Shown: piece by piece, positions 56,376 to 64,000 of the stretch
Layout of the letters: each line of letters opens with the position of its first letter
How positions within the stretch are numbered: position 1 is the stretch's first letter
From: Puniceicoccaceae bacterium
Lineage (GTDB): Bacteria > Verrucomicrobiota > Verrucomicrobiia > Opitutales > Oceanipulchritudinaceae
Reading direction: 5' to 3'
NCBI GenBank assembly: GCA_040830765.1
Contig: JBFOMH010000026.1
Span: 1-64,000, forward strand
Length of the DNA: 64,000 nucleotides
Program-made: the position numbers and the translations under genes
The notes under the pieces: generated by a model
The model's database searches: none
Told to the model about the DNA's origin: nothing
The model's input: only the letters and a program-made list of their open reading frames with translations

Positions 56376-57752
56376 TCAGGTTAGTTCCCGCAGCGCGGCT
56401 GCGAGGGAATCCGCCTCGGTCTTGGCATAGAGTTGCATCGGATCGAGGACTGCTGCCCCCAAAGCTTCTTCGAAGGCCTCCTGGTTGGCGGAGGTGTCGT
56501 AGTTGCTTTGCTCATCCGAACCGAGATTGGACTGGAAGATTCCCGCCGCCGAAACCGGCAGGAAATCCTCATAGGTCTGGGGATCGGCGATGAGGGCACC
56601 GGATTCAATTAAGGTTTCCAGGTTGTCCGATTTGCCCGCCGGCACTTTTCCCGGGCCGGCGCGATAGCGGAAATAGGCCAGGCCCTGCTGGCGGAGCTCG
56701 TCGAAGTTGTCCGGAAAGGCGGCGAAGCGATTCTCCAGTTCGGCCATGTAGTCAGCCGCATGCTCGCCTTGAGGCCCGATTTGGACGGCGGCCCGGGTCC
56801 GGGCCAGCAAGTCATCATAGTGTGCGCGGCCTGCAGGCGTGAGGGCCACTCCCCGCTGCTCAATTTCACCAAAGCGGGCGGTATGGGAACCCGCCTGACC
56901 CCTTTGTCCCTCTCCAACGAAGAGGACGCCCTCTTCCAGTGCCTTGAAGGAGGTCTGGCGCAGAAGGATGGGCGCGGCTCTGCGCGGCGGTCCCTCGACA
57001 ACCGCCTTGGGGCTGATGTTGCGCTGCGGCATGCGCTGCTGGACGGCGTCGATATCGAGGGTGCGCGGAGTCAGGTGGTTGATGTGGGGGCCCTTGAAAC
57101 TGACCACATCGGCGATGAGCCGGTGGGCATCGTGCAGGCGGGCATAAGTGGCCTTGTCGACGGTTGCTTCACTGTGCCAGCGGAAGGTCTCCAGTGCTTC
57201 CGTGACGAAGGACCCGGCGTCTTCCGAAGAGAGTCCGCCATTGGACTCAGCCTGGTCGATAAGTCTCATGGCCTTGTCGGTAACGATTTGCCGGCGGGAA
57301 AGGATGCCTGCGGCCACCTCCGCAAGATCGGGATCTTCTATTAATTCAAGCCGTAGCAGTGAAGTGAATACACGAAACGGATTGTGCTGCAGGGAGGACT
57401 CGGTGAGGGGCCGGAAGGCGGTCGAATGCACGGGGATGCCGGCCACCGAAAGATCGTAGTAGCCCACTGGATACATCCCCATGACCGCGAACATGCGCCG
57501 GATAAGGGCCAGTTCGGCGGGCGTGCCCAGCCGGATGGCCCCATGCCGTTCCACATCAAGCCGGCCGATTTCCCCGGACGCTGTCAGACGCTCCTTAAGG
57601 GCCGGGTCGGCTGCCAATGTCTCCGCATTGACCTCGCGGACTAGTTCCATAAGGGTCCCGTATTGCGGAACCTCCGTCCGGTACATGTCCGACATGGCGG
57701 AGGAGAACAGGGTCCGGATGTCATCCGGATGCATGAAGGCGGGTGTATCCAT
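56376..57752 (-). CDS. hglS: 2-oxoadipate dioxygenase/decarboxylase (hydroxyglutarate synthase, YdcJ/DUF1338)
   Basis: AMSDMYRTEVPQYGTL, ERHGAIRLGT, VHSTAFRP, PFRVFTSLLR, HINHLTPRTLDID, ILLRQTSF, HTARFGEIEQRG and YEDFLPVSAAGIFQSNL motifs. Confidence 0.93.
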   Translation of the reverse strand: MDTPAFMHPDDIRTLFSSAMSDMYRTEVPQYGTLMELVREVNAETLAADPALKERLTASGEIGRLDVERHGAIRLGTPAELALIRRMFAVMGMYPVGYYDLSVAGIPVHSTAFRPLTESSLQHNPFRVFTSLLRLELIEDPDLAEVAAGILSRRQIVTDKAMRLIDQAESNGGLSSEDAGSFVTEALETFRWHSEATVDKATYARLHDAHRLIADVVSFKGPHINHLTPRTLDIDAVQQRMPQRNISPKAVVEGPPRRAAPILLRQTSFKALEEGVLFVGEGQRGQAGSHTARFGEIEQRGVALTPAGRAHYDDLLARTRAAVQIGPQGEHAADYMAELENRFAAFPDNFDELRQQGLAYFRYRAGPGKVPAGKSDNLETLIESGALIADPQTYEDFLPVSAAGIFQSNLGSDEQSNYDTSANQEAFEEALGAAVLDPMQLYAKTEADSLAAALRELT

Positions 57753-57755
57753 TCT

Positions 57756-59258
57756 TCAAATCTCAAACTGAACTCCCTGGGCGAGCGGCAGGGCAGCAGA
57801 GTAATTGACGGTTGAAGTCTGCCGGCGCATGTAGCCCTTCCAGGCATCGGAGCCGCTTTCGCGGCCACCGCCGGTGGCTTTTTCCCCGCCAAAGGCACCG
57901 CCTATCTCGGCTCCTGAGGGCCCGATGTTGACATTGGCAATCCCGCAGTCGGAACCAACGGCCGAGAGGAAGGTTTCCGCTTCCCGCACGTTGAGGGTGA
58001 AGATGCAGGAACTGAGCCCTTGCGGGACGGCGTTCTGGATTTCGATCGCTTCCTCGAGGGTCTCGTAATTCATGACGTAGAGGATGGGCGCGAAGGTTTC
58101 AGTGCGCACAGTCTCGGTCTGTCCCGGCATGAGTACGAGGGCCGGCTTCGCATAGACACCGCCCGGCGTGCCCACTGTCACTGGTTCGCCTCCAAAGACA
58201 ACGCCGCCTTCGCTTTTGGCCTGCTTGAGGGCTTCCTGCATGTTGGCCAGTGACTGCGGGTCAATCAAGGGTCCGATCAAGGTGCCTTCTTCGCGTGGGT
58301 CCCCGATCGGCAGGGAGGCGTAGGCGGCTTTCAGTTTCTCCATCAGCTCATCGCATATGGAGTGATGAACAATGAGCCGGCGCAGGGAGGTACAGCGTTG
58401 CCCGGCGGTCCCGACAGCGGAAAAGACAATTGCCCGGACCGCCATTTCCAGGTCCGCAGACGGCGCGACGATCATGGCATTGTTGCCGCCCAGTTCAAGG
58501 ATCGGCTTGCCCCAGCGGGCCAGGACCTTGGGACCAACGATGTTGCCCATGCGGGTGGAGCCGGTCGCGGAAAGTACCGGGACGTCCTGACTTTCCACGA
58601 GGACATTGCCAACATCCGGGCCGCCAATGACAACCTGTGCCAGTCCGTCCGGTGCGTCTGAGCCGAATCGGTAGACCGCTCGATCAAAGATCTTTTGACA
58701 GGCCAGCGCGGTCAACGGGGTCTTTTCCGAAGGCTTCCAGATAACCGGATTGCCGGTGGCAATTGCGAGGGCAGCGTTCCATGCCCAGACCGCCACGGGG
58801 AAGTTGAAAGCGGTGATGATGCCGACCGGGCCCAACGGATGCCACGTTTCCCGCATAGCATGTCCCGGGCGTTCCGAGGCGATGGTCAGGCCGTACAACT
58901 GGCGCGACAGGCCGACCGCGAAATCGCAGATATCGACCATTTCCTGTACTTCCCCGAGGCCTTCCGAGACAATCTTCCCTGCCTCAAGGGTAACCAGTGC
59001 GCCCAAGGCATCCTTGGCCGCCCGCAGTTCCTCACCGAGCAGACGAATCAACTCCCCCCGGCGCGGGGGCGGCACCTGGCGCCATTCCTTAAACGCCGCT
59101 TGGGAGCGGGCAATGACTGCCGGCACGTCTTCGGCCTTCAGTTCGTGGACGGCGGCGATCTCTGCACCGTCGATGGGGGAACAAACCCGCAGGGTACCAC
59201 CGGTCCGTTCGCTTTCATTCAAATTCAATTCCGCCAATACTGATGCCGGATTCATCAT
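57756..59258 (-). CDS. amaB: L-piperideine-6-carboxylate / aminoadipate-semialdehyde dehydrogenase (ALDH7 family)
   Basis: GEVQEMVDICDFAVGLSRQLYG, AFNFPVAVW, LELGGNNA, GTAGQRCT, SGAEIGGAFGGEKATGGGRESGSDAWK and LPLAQG motifs. Confidence 0.93.
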   Translation of the reverse strand: MMNPASVLAELNLNESERTGGTLRVCSPIDGAEIAAVHELKAEDVPAVIARSQAAFKEWRQVPPPRRGELIRLLGEELRAAKDALGALVTLEAGKIVSEGLGEVQEMVDICDFAVGLSRQLYGLTIASERPGHAMRETWHPLGPVGIITAFNFPVAVWAWNAALAIATGNPVIWKPSEKTPLTALACQKIFDRAVYRFGSDAPDGLAQVVIGGPDVGNVLVESQDVPVLSATGSTRMGNIVGPKVLARWGKPILELGGNNAMIVAPSADLEMAVRAIVFSAVGTAGQRCTSLRRLIVHHSICDELMEKLKAAYASLPIGDPREEGTLIGPLIDPQSLANMQEALKQAKSEGGVVFGGEPVTVGTPGGVYAKPALVLMPGQTETVRTETFAPILYVMNYETLEEAIEIQNAVPQGLSSCIFTLNVREAETFLSAVGSDCGIANVNIGPSGAEIGGAFGGEKATGGGRESGSDAWKGYMRRQTSTVNYSAALPLAQGVQFEI

Positions 59259-59285
59259 GTCGATTTTCCTTTAGAGTAGGTTAGC

Positions 59286-60416
59286 TTAAGGAGCCTCGCC
59301 GTAGCGGGATCCGTTCTCGGTTTTCAAAAAGGCTTCCAGGGGAACGTCTTCCTGCTTCAGGAAGCCGTTTTGGGGCAGTGAGCCGTCACGCACCATCTCG
59401 ATGACTGCCGCTACTGAGGAGGCAGTCGTCCAGGCAATGGCCCTCCGCTGCTTGCCCATGATATCGAGAGGCTTGAGGGCACGGACGAATTCGAGGCGCT
59501 GCAAGCGGCCTTCCACTTCCCCTTCCGCGGCTGCATGAATGTAGACGATGTCATCGTCAACCGGCGGCTTTGCATGAACCAGAATCTCACCGGCCTCCTG
59601 ACGCCGTTCATGCATCAGCAGTTCATGGAAAAAGAAGTTCATCAGCTGCACATGCCCCGGATAGCGCATGGTCTTGTAGTCCATGTCGGGGACACGCCCA
59701 TGGTAGGTTTCGCACATGGTACCGAGTCCGCCGGAGGTCGTGAAGGCCTCGAGCTCAATTCCGCCAATGACAATTTTTTCAATCCACTCCATTGGTGAAA
59801 CCCATTTGACTTCACCACCTTCGAGAACCTGGCAGTCATTGAGGTATTCATTGACCACGCCTTCTGGGGACCAGTTGAAGGAATAGCCCATGAGGCCGGC
59901 TGGGTGTTGGGGAAGCGCACCCACACGCATCTTGCAGGAGCGGCAGTTGGCGAATTGGCTGATCAGGTGCGCCCCGACAATGCCAATGAATCCCGGGGCC
60001 AGTCCGCATTGCGGTGCCATCAGTCCCCTCGAGGACTCCGCCAATTTACGGATAGCCTGGGTCGTCGGGACATCTTCCGTCAAATCGAAGTAATGCAAAC
60101 CCAGCTCATGCGCCACCTCTGCGACGCCACGGTTTAAAAAATAGGGCAGACAGGAAAGGACCGCGTCCCGGTTCGCCAGCGCTTTCTGGAGGCTGGTCTT
60201 GTCAGCGACATCCGTCGCCTCAATGGCAAACGGCAGTCCCTCGAATTTCCGGGTATCGAATCCTGTCACTTCAAATCCCGAACCATGGAGCAGCTCACCA
60301 GCCAGCCGGCCGACCTTGCCCAGACCGAGGACAGCTATCTTTTTCAAGCCTTTCGTGGAAGAGGTGTTCGTTCCGTCTGAAGCCGACGATTCCGGGACCA
60401 GTGAAGCATTTTTCAT
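59286..60416 (-). CDS. Saccharopine dehydrogenase-like protein, probable L-lysine 6-dehydrogenase
   Basis: GLGKVG, HYFDLTEDV, PQCGLAPGF, RVGALP, WSPEGVVNEY, EAFTTSGG and YKTMRYPGH motifs. Directly upstream of amaB. Confidence 0.85.
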   Translation of the reverse strand: MKNASLVPESSASDGTNTSSTKGLKKIAVLGLGKVGRLAGELLHGSGFEVTGFDTRKFEGLPFAIEATDVADKTSLQKALANRDAVLSCLPYFLNRGVAEVAHELGLHYFDLTEDVPTTQAIRKLAESSRGLMAPQCGLAPGFIGIVGAHLISQFANCRSCKMRVGALPQHPAGLMGYSFNWSPEGVVNEYLNDCQVLEGGEVKWVSPMEWIEKIVIGGIELEAFTTSGGLGTMCETYHGRVPDMDYKTMRYPGHVQLMNFFFHELLMHERRQEAGEILVHAKPPVDDDIVYIHAAAEGEVEGRLQRLEFVRALKPLDIMGKQRRAIAWTTASSVAAVIEMVRDGSLPQNGFLKQEDVPLEAFLKTENGSRYGEAP

Positions 60417-60493
60417 GGAAAGAATGGGGTAGGGGGTTATCCGGCCCGACTCAACAGGCTGGTCCTGTATTCAGACATTCAATAGCCGTTGCG

Positions 60494-61378
60494 TCAACAG
60501 TTGTCAGCCGATTGAAAGGCACCGCTTTCCGTCCTATTAGGATTGCTGTTCCTGATGCTCCCGGCCAGTGCCCCAATTGCGAATAGCTCCCATCCAAACG
60601 GGATATAGCCGCCATATCCAGCCAGCGGCATTTCAAAAACATGGAGCACCTCCAGGTAGGGAATGGAGTAAATCCATTTCGGGTAGGCGTAGATATTCCA
60701 CATCTCCCAGAAGAATCCGCAAACCAGGGCACCGAGCCCGAAGGCGATGGTGTTTGACAAGGTACCATAGGCAACCTGCCTGATAAGGGAGGGCCGTCCG
60801 CGGAGGGCATTGAGCGGATCCAGAATGAAGAAAACCGATAACCACATGAGGGGGAAGAAAATCCTTGGGAAGGCCAGCATCAGGCCCAGCATGATCCAGC
60901 CGCTTGCGCACAGCCCGAGCAACAAGTTGCGACCCAGTTGGCAGTTCCACCGTCCTTTGAGGTTCTTTATCCAGCCAACCGTGAGGAGAAGTTCAGCCGT
61001 TCCAAACACCGCTGGAATGACCGTTGAGAAGGATAAGGAGGAAAAGAGAAAGTACTCCAAATCCGTGAACGACTCTCGTCCGAGATAACTCCAGTTCTGG
61101 GTGACCAGGTTCAGCACCTCAAACAGCCACCAAACCGGAATCGAAAGCAGGAAAAGTCCGGCATAACGGAGCCTGCTCCGATGGATCAGTGAGGTGCCGC
61201 AGCGCTGAAAGACCCATCCGTCAACCACCAGGCAGTAACCGAGCCACTGCGGAAAGAACAGCCAGTGCGTGCGCAGTCCTTCCAGTCCCCAGTTGAGGAC
61301 CCAGGCCACCGCCACCAGGACCAGGCCGATCCAGAATCGGATCGGGAAACTCCCTTTATGCGCAGCGGTTGGGCTCAT
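60494..61378 (-). CDS. Conserved-looking integral membrane protein of unknown function
   Basis: About 8 TM segments with WWLFEVLN...NWSY and GFFWEMWN...KWIY...FEMPLAGYGGYIPF patterns. Confidence 0.75.
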   Translation of the reverse strand: MSPTAAHKGSFPIRFWIGLVLVAVAWVLNWGLEGLRTHWLFFPQWLGYCLVVDGWVFQRCGTSLIHRSRLRYAGLFLLSIPVWWLFEVLNLVTQNWSYLGRESFTDLEYFLFSSLSFSTVIPAVFGTAELLLTVGWIKNLKGRWNCQLGRNLLLGLCASGWIMLGLMLAFPRIFFPLMWLSVFFILDPLNALRGRPSLIRQVAYGTLSNTIAFGLGALVCGFFWEMWNIYAYPKWIYSIPYLEVLHVFEMPLAGYGGYIPFGWELFAIGALAGSIRNSNPNRTESGAFQSADNC

Positions 61379-61536
61379 GGTGCAAGGTATCTGCCAGCAT
61401 AGTGACAGGGGTCTTTACGCTGCAATGAAAAAGCCCGGAATTGCCAAGCGCATGCAGCGCTGTGTTGGTCCAGAGTAGGTACGCCGACCTGCCTGTTGTC
61501 GTAGCGAATCTACTAGATTGAATAGCAGAGACTGGG

Positions 61537-62841
61537 CTATCTGGGATTCTTCCTGTTCAGGCCGCCTTCGAAGATATTACCCCCCGGCAGGAAGAGAAAC
61601 AGTTTCCCGCGGCGATCACTTTCGCCAATAAAGATGGTTCCATCGGATCCAGTTGCCATGGCATCAAACTGGTAGGCCCTCTTGGCATAATAGGGGCTCC
61701 GGTCGACAGAGATGTAGCTCCAGTTCGTATAGCCATCATTTGCTTTCGTATCCCAGGAAACCAGTTTGCAAGGTTCGCCCAGTTCACCGCAGATCATGTA
61801 AAGGGTACCGTCGATTCCCATGGTCGCCGCCCGGACCCGCCGGGCAATCCTGGGCTTGCCCATGTCTTTGACGGATTCTGAAACCATGTCCAGTTGGAAA
61901 AGGAAGCCGTCTGATGTAGTTCCCCAGATCACGTCGCCCTTGCCGTGAATCAGCTGCTCAACGACCGGGTATCCATAATAGTTCCATGACTCAAAATACT
62001 CCCCCGGGATAGCACAGGAAAGTGCTTCAAATGCTTGTTCAACAATATCGAAGCGAATGATGCGTCCCTCGTCACCGGATGTAATGACATCACCATTTTC
62101 AAGACAGAGTAGGGCACGGGGAACGGTACGCCATGTTCGCTCGGGTCCAGAGTAGACCTTCTGGGAAAGGATTGGCCCATAGTTGTCCACTTTTCCTGTG
62201 GTTGGATTCAGGCGGAAGAAATCGGCGTCCGGATAGGTGATTCCATAGATGTTGTTGTCCGCCGGATTGAACGTCAAAGCGTAGATCGAGTTGTTCGCCT
62301 TGATCAGGCCGAGGTCCTCAACGGTGGCCTCGTCCTCAGGCAGATAGACGGCCTCATCCGCTGCTCCGGTGGTATAGCGGTAAATCCTCCCTCCAGTGAA
62401 CTTGGCATGGTGGTTCTTAATGTCTTTCCATAGAGCTTTTTCAATTTGCCGATGACCACCGGGAATGTCCCGGGTGAGCGAAATTTCATCCAGCAGGTTC
62501 AGGCCTGTCCCGATATATAGATGACCTTGATCATCGGTCACCAGTGTATGGTGAACGCCCTGGGAATCGGGGATTTGTCCCAATGGCCGAACTTTGTTAA
62601 TGTGGGGATCGTACAGGAAGAGATAGGATTGTTTTCCGCTGGTTGCTCCATAGACATAGCGACTGTCCGCGGGTCGAAGGAGGGCGGAAATGCGGCTATG
62701 GTCGGCTGGTATTTCAGTTGCTCCCGGGTAACCCAGATCGCGGAAGTCCAAGCGGTGATTGTCATAGTTGGGGCTGACCCATTTTTGGCCAAAGGCGAGA
62801 CAGGACAGGTTCAACAGGAGGATGATTGCAATTCGTTTCAT
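61537..62841 (-). CDS. Secreted beta-propeller-like protein of unknown function
   Basis: Signal peptide (MKRIAIILLLNLSCLAFG) and repeated blade-like units (VYGAT, LFLYDP, LYIGT, IYGIT, IWGTT, IFIG). Confidence 0.7.
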   Translation of the reverse strand: MKRIAIILLLNLSCLAFGQKWVSPNYDNHRLDFRDLGYPGATEIPADHSRISALLRPADSRYVYGATSGKQSYLFLYDPHINKVRPLGQIPDSQGVHHTLVTDDQGHLYIGTGLNLLDEISLTRDIPGGHRQIEKALWKDIKNHHAKFTGGRIYRYTTGAADEAVYLPEDEATVEDLGLIKANNSIYALTFNPADNNIYGITYPDADFFRLNPTTGKVDNYGPILSQKVYSGPERTWRTVPRALLCLENGDVITSGDEGRIIRFDIVEQAFEALSCAIPGEYFESWNYYGYPVVEQLIHGKGDVIWGTTSDGFLFQLDMVSESVKDMGKPRIARRVRAATMGIDGTLYMICGELGEPCKLVSWDTKANDGYTNWSYISVDRSPYYAKRAYQFDAMATGSDGTIFIGESDRRGKLFLFLPGGNIFEGGLNRKNPR

Positions 62842-62853
62842 GGCAATGGTTCC

Positions 62854-64000
62854 TTAGTAAGAAGTTGTCGGAAGGGGCATGCTCAGCAGGGCCATTGAAT
62901 AGTGCCAAGTCTCCTCAATCTCACCGGCGATGTACTGTTCATCGTGTTCCTCGATAGCCCCGACGAAATAGAGCTTATTGTCCAAGTGGCTGTAAACGGC
63001 TCCACCAAGGCCAAATACAGGCAATCCTTTTGAAGTCTTCATGAGACCGAGTTCCTTCCGCTTGCCGGAATCGATATCATACTCAATTAAAACCGAAAGC
63101 GGGGGCGTTTTCCTTTCGGTGACCTTGTTGGTGAAATTTCTCTCATCCTTCACATCCCATGATTCAGCGGAGTAGTCGAAAGCGACGGAAGTCACGGGTG
63201 CGTAATAGGCTCGATTGTTGGGAGCCAGGGTAAAGGCCAGGGTCGCGATCGGAATCTTCTTCGGGTCGTCGTCGAGGTAGCGGTCCGCACACATCAGGGA
63301 AAGCGATTCGATTTCGCCTTCCTCCCCCGAGTTGGGATCAAACCGGAATAGCCGGCAATCCGCGTTGGTGATTCCATAGAAAACTTTTTCATCATCCTTC
63401 CACTCGAGGATACGCCAGAGGGTCTTGCGATCGATTTTGGGATTGGACATGGTTCGCGGCGATACCCGGGGATCGTTGGGTACCCGAAGGTTGTAGAGAT
63501 CGTGTATGCGGTCTGTCTCCGGATCATACTTCCAGACGCGATTTACCGGGAAGGCTCCGTAAATGTTCCCTTTGTCATCAGCTACGATAGTGCGGCAGAT
63601 GTCCCAGTCATCGACCCGGCCCTTGGAGACGGTGATGTTCTGCTCCATGTCGTACATGTAAAGATGCCCATCCTCGGCAAGCCCGTAGATCCGCTGGCGC
63701 TTGTTGTCCATGGCGATACCTAGCAGTCCTGCATGCCGGGAAATCATGCCCAGGTTCGTCAGCTTGCGGGTGTCTGGCTCATACTTGAACCAGTGGGCTC
63801 CACGGTAACTGTAGGGATCGATGCACTCCGGACCATTGTCTTCACAGAAGTCCCCGAAATAGATATTCCCCTCAGCGTCTTCCACAAAGGGAACATGTAT
63901 CTTGCCACTGGTCCTGATTCCCTCACCGCGCTCACCTTTGAATATGGATAGGTCGGCAATGTGAATCATGGTGTTCGTTGCGGGATCAAATTCATAGAAA
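62854..64000 (-). CDS. Beta-propeller-like protein of unknown function, 5'-truncated at window edge
   Basis: The frame is open beyond 63969 to the edge (FYEFDPATNTMIH...). Repeated [YF]-[DE]-P blade ends (KYEPDT, KYDPET, RFDPNS) and G-x-I-Y units. Confidence 0.7.
   Translation of the reverse strand, partial: FYEFDPATNTMIHIADLSIFKGERGEGIRTSGKIHVPFVEDAEGNIYFGDFCEDNGPECIDPYSYRGAHWFKYEPDTRKLTNLGMISRHAGLLGIAMDNKRQRIYGLAEDGHLYMYDMEQNITVSKGRVDDWDICRTIVADDKGNIYGAFPVNRVWKYDPETDRIHDLYNLRVPNDPRVSPRTMSNPKIDRKTLWRILEWKDDEKVFYGITNADCRLFRFDPNSGEEGEIESLSLMCADRYLDDDPKKIPIATLAFTLAPNNRAYYAPVTSVAFDYSAESWDVKDERNFTNKVTERKTPPLSVLIEYDIDSGKRKELGLMKTSKGLPVFGLGGAVYSHLDNKLYFVGAIEEHDEQYIAGEIEETWHYSMALLSMPLPTTSY

Noticed and set aside
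60417..60493. Lysine riboswitch upstream of the lysine catabolic operon
   Set aside because: The gap is only 77 bp, too short for this riboswitch, and has no matching conserved elements.
1..64000. Mobile elements, prophage, defence systems, CRISPR, tRNA/rRNA
   Set aside because: No transposase, integrase, phage, cas or restriction-modification motifs in the ORFs, and no tRNA/rRNA-like sequence recognised in the short intergenic gaps. This was by eye; tRNAscan and Infernal were not run.

Overview
A 64-kb gene-dense stretch of GC-rich bacterial chromosome with about 47 CDSs. I found no rRNA, tRNA, CRISPR array, integrase or transposase. Gene content and protein architecture (TSP3-like DxDxDG repeats, Trp-rich and 'LxxW...RFFR' C-terminal tails on secreted enzymes, a DUF1800/DUF1501 pair) suggest a polysaccharide-degrading Verrucomicrobiota (Opitutales/Puniceicoccaceae-like) organism; this is inference only. 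Main blocks: (1) TrpB2, MBL/beta-CASP nuclease, secreted unknown protein, SDR, DUF4139 and DUF2339. (2) A split FeoB transporter with a DtxR-FeoA-FeoA fusion, divergent from mntR, with an 8-2-8 MntR-type inverted repeat between them. (3) Beta-glucan (laminarin-type) genes: GH30, GH16 and a GPH transporter, plus a distant GH3 and second GH16. (4) A six-gene sugar/sugar-acid catabolic operon. (5) kynU, S8, S51 (PepE) and M28 peptidases, GH13, GH2 and a beta-helix DUF4955-like protein. (6) amn, a URO-D-like protein and ybbP-ybbA-tesA. (7) A lysine dehydrogenase-amaB-hglS catabolic operon. (8) Two beta-propeller-like unknowns at the right edge. The most striking signal is two distinct families of short terminal domains appended to unrelated signal-peptide-bearing proteins. 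Family A, a Trp-rich tail of about 60 aa, is on two proteins plus a variant on a third. Family B, an S-x-[DN]-L-x-x-W...RFFRI-x4-COOH tail, is on two proteins. The two GH16 paralogs carry different tails, which points to a candidate lineage-specific protein sorting or surface-anchoring system.
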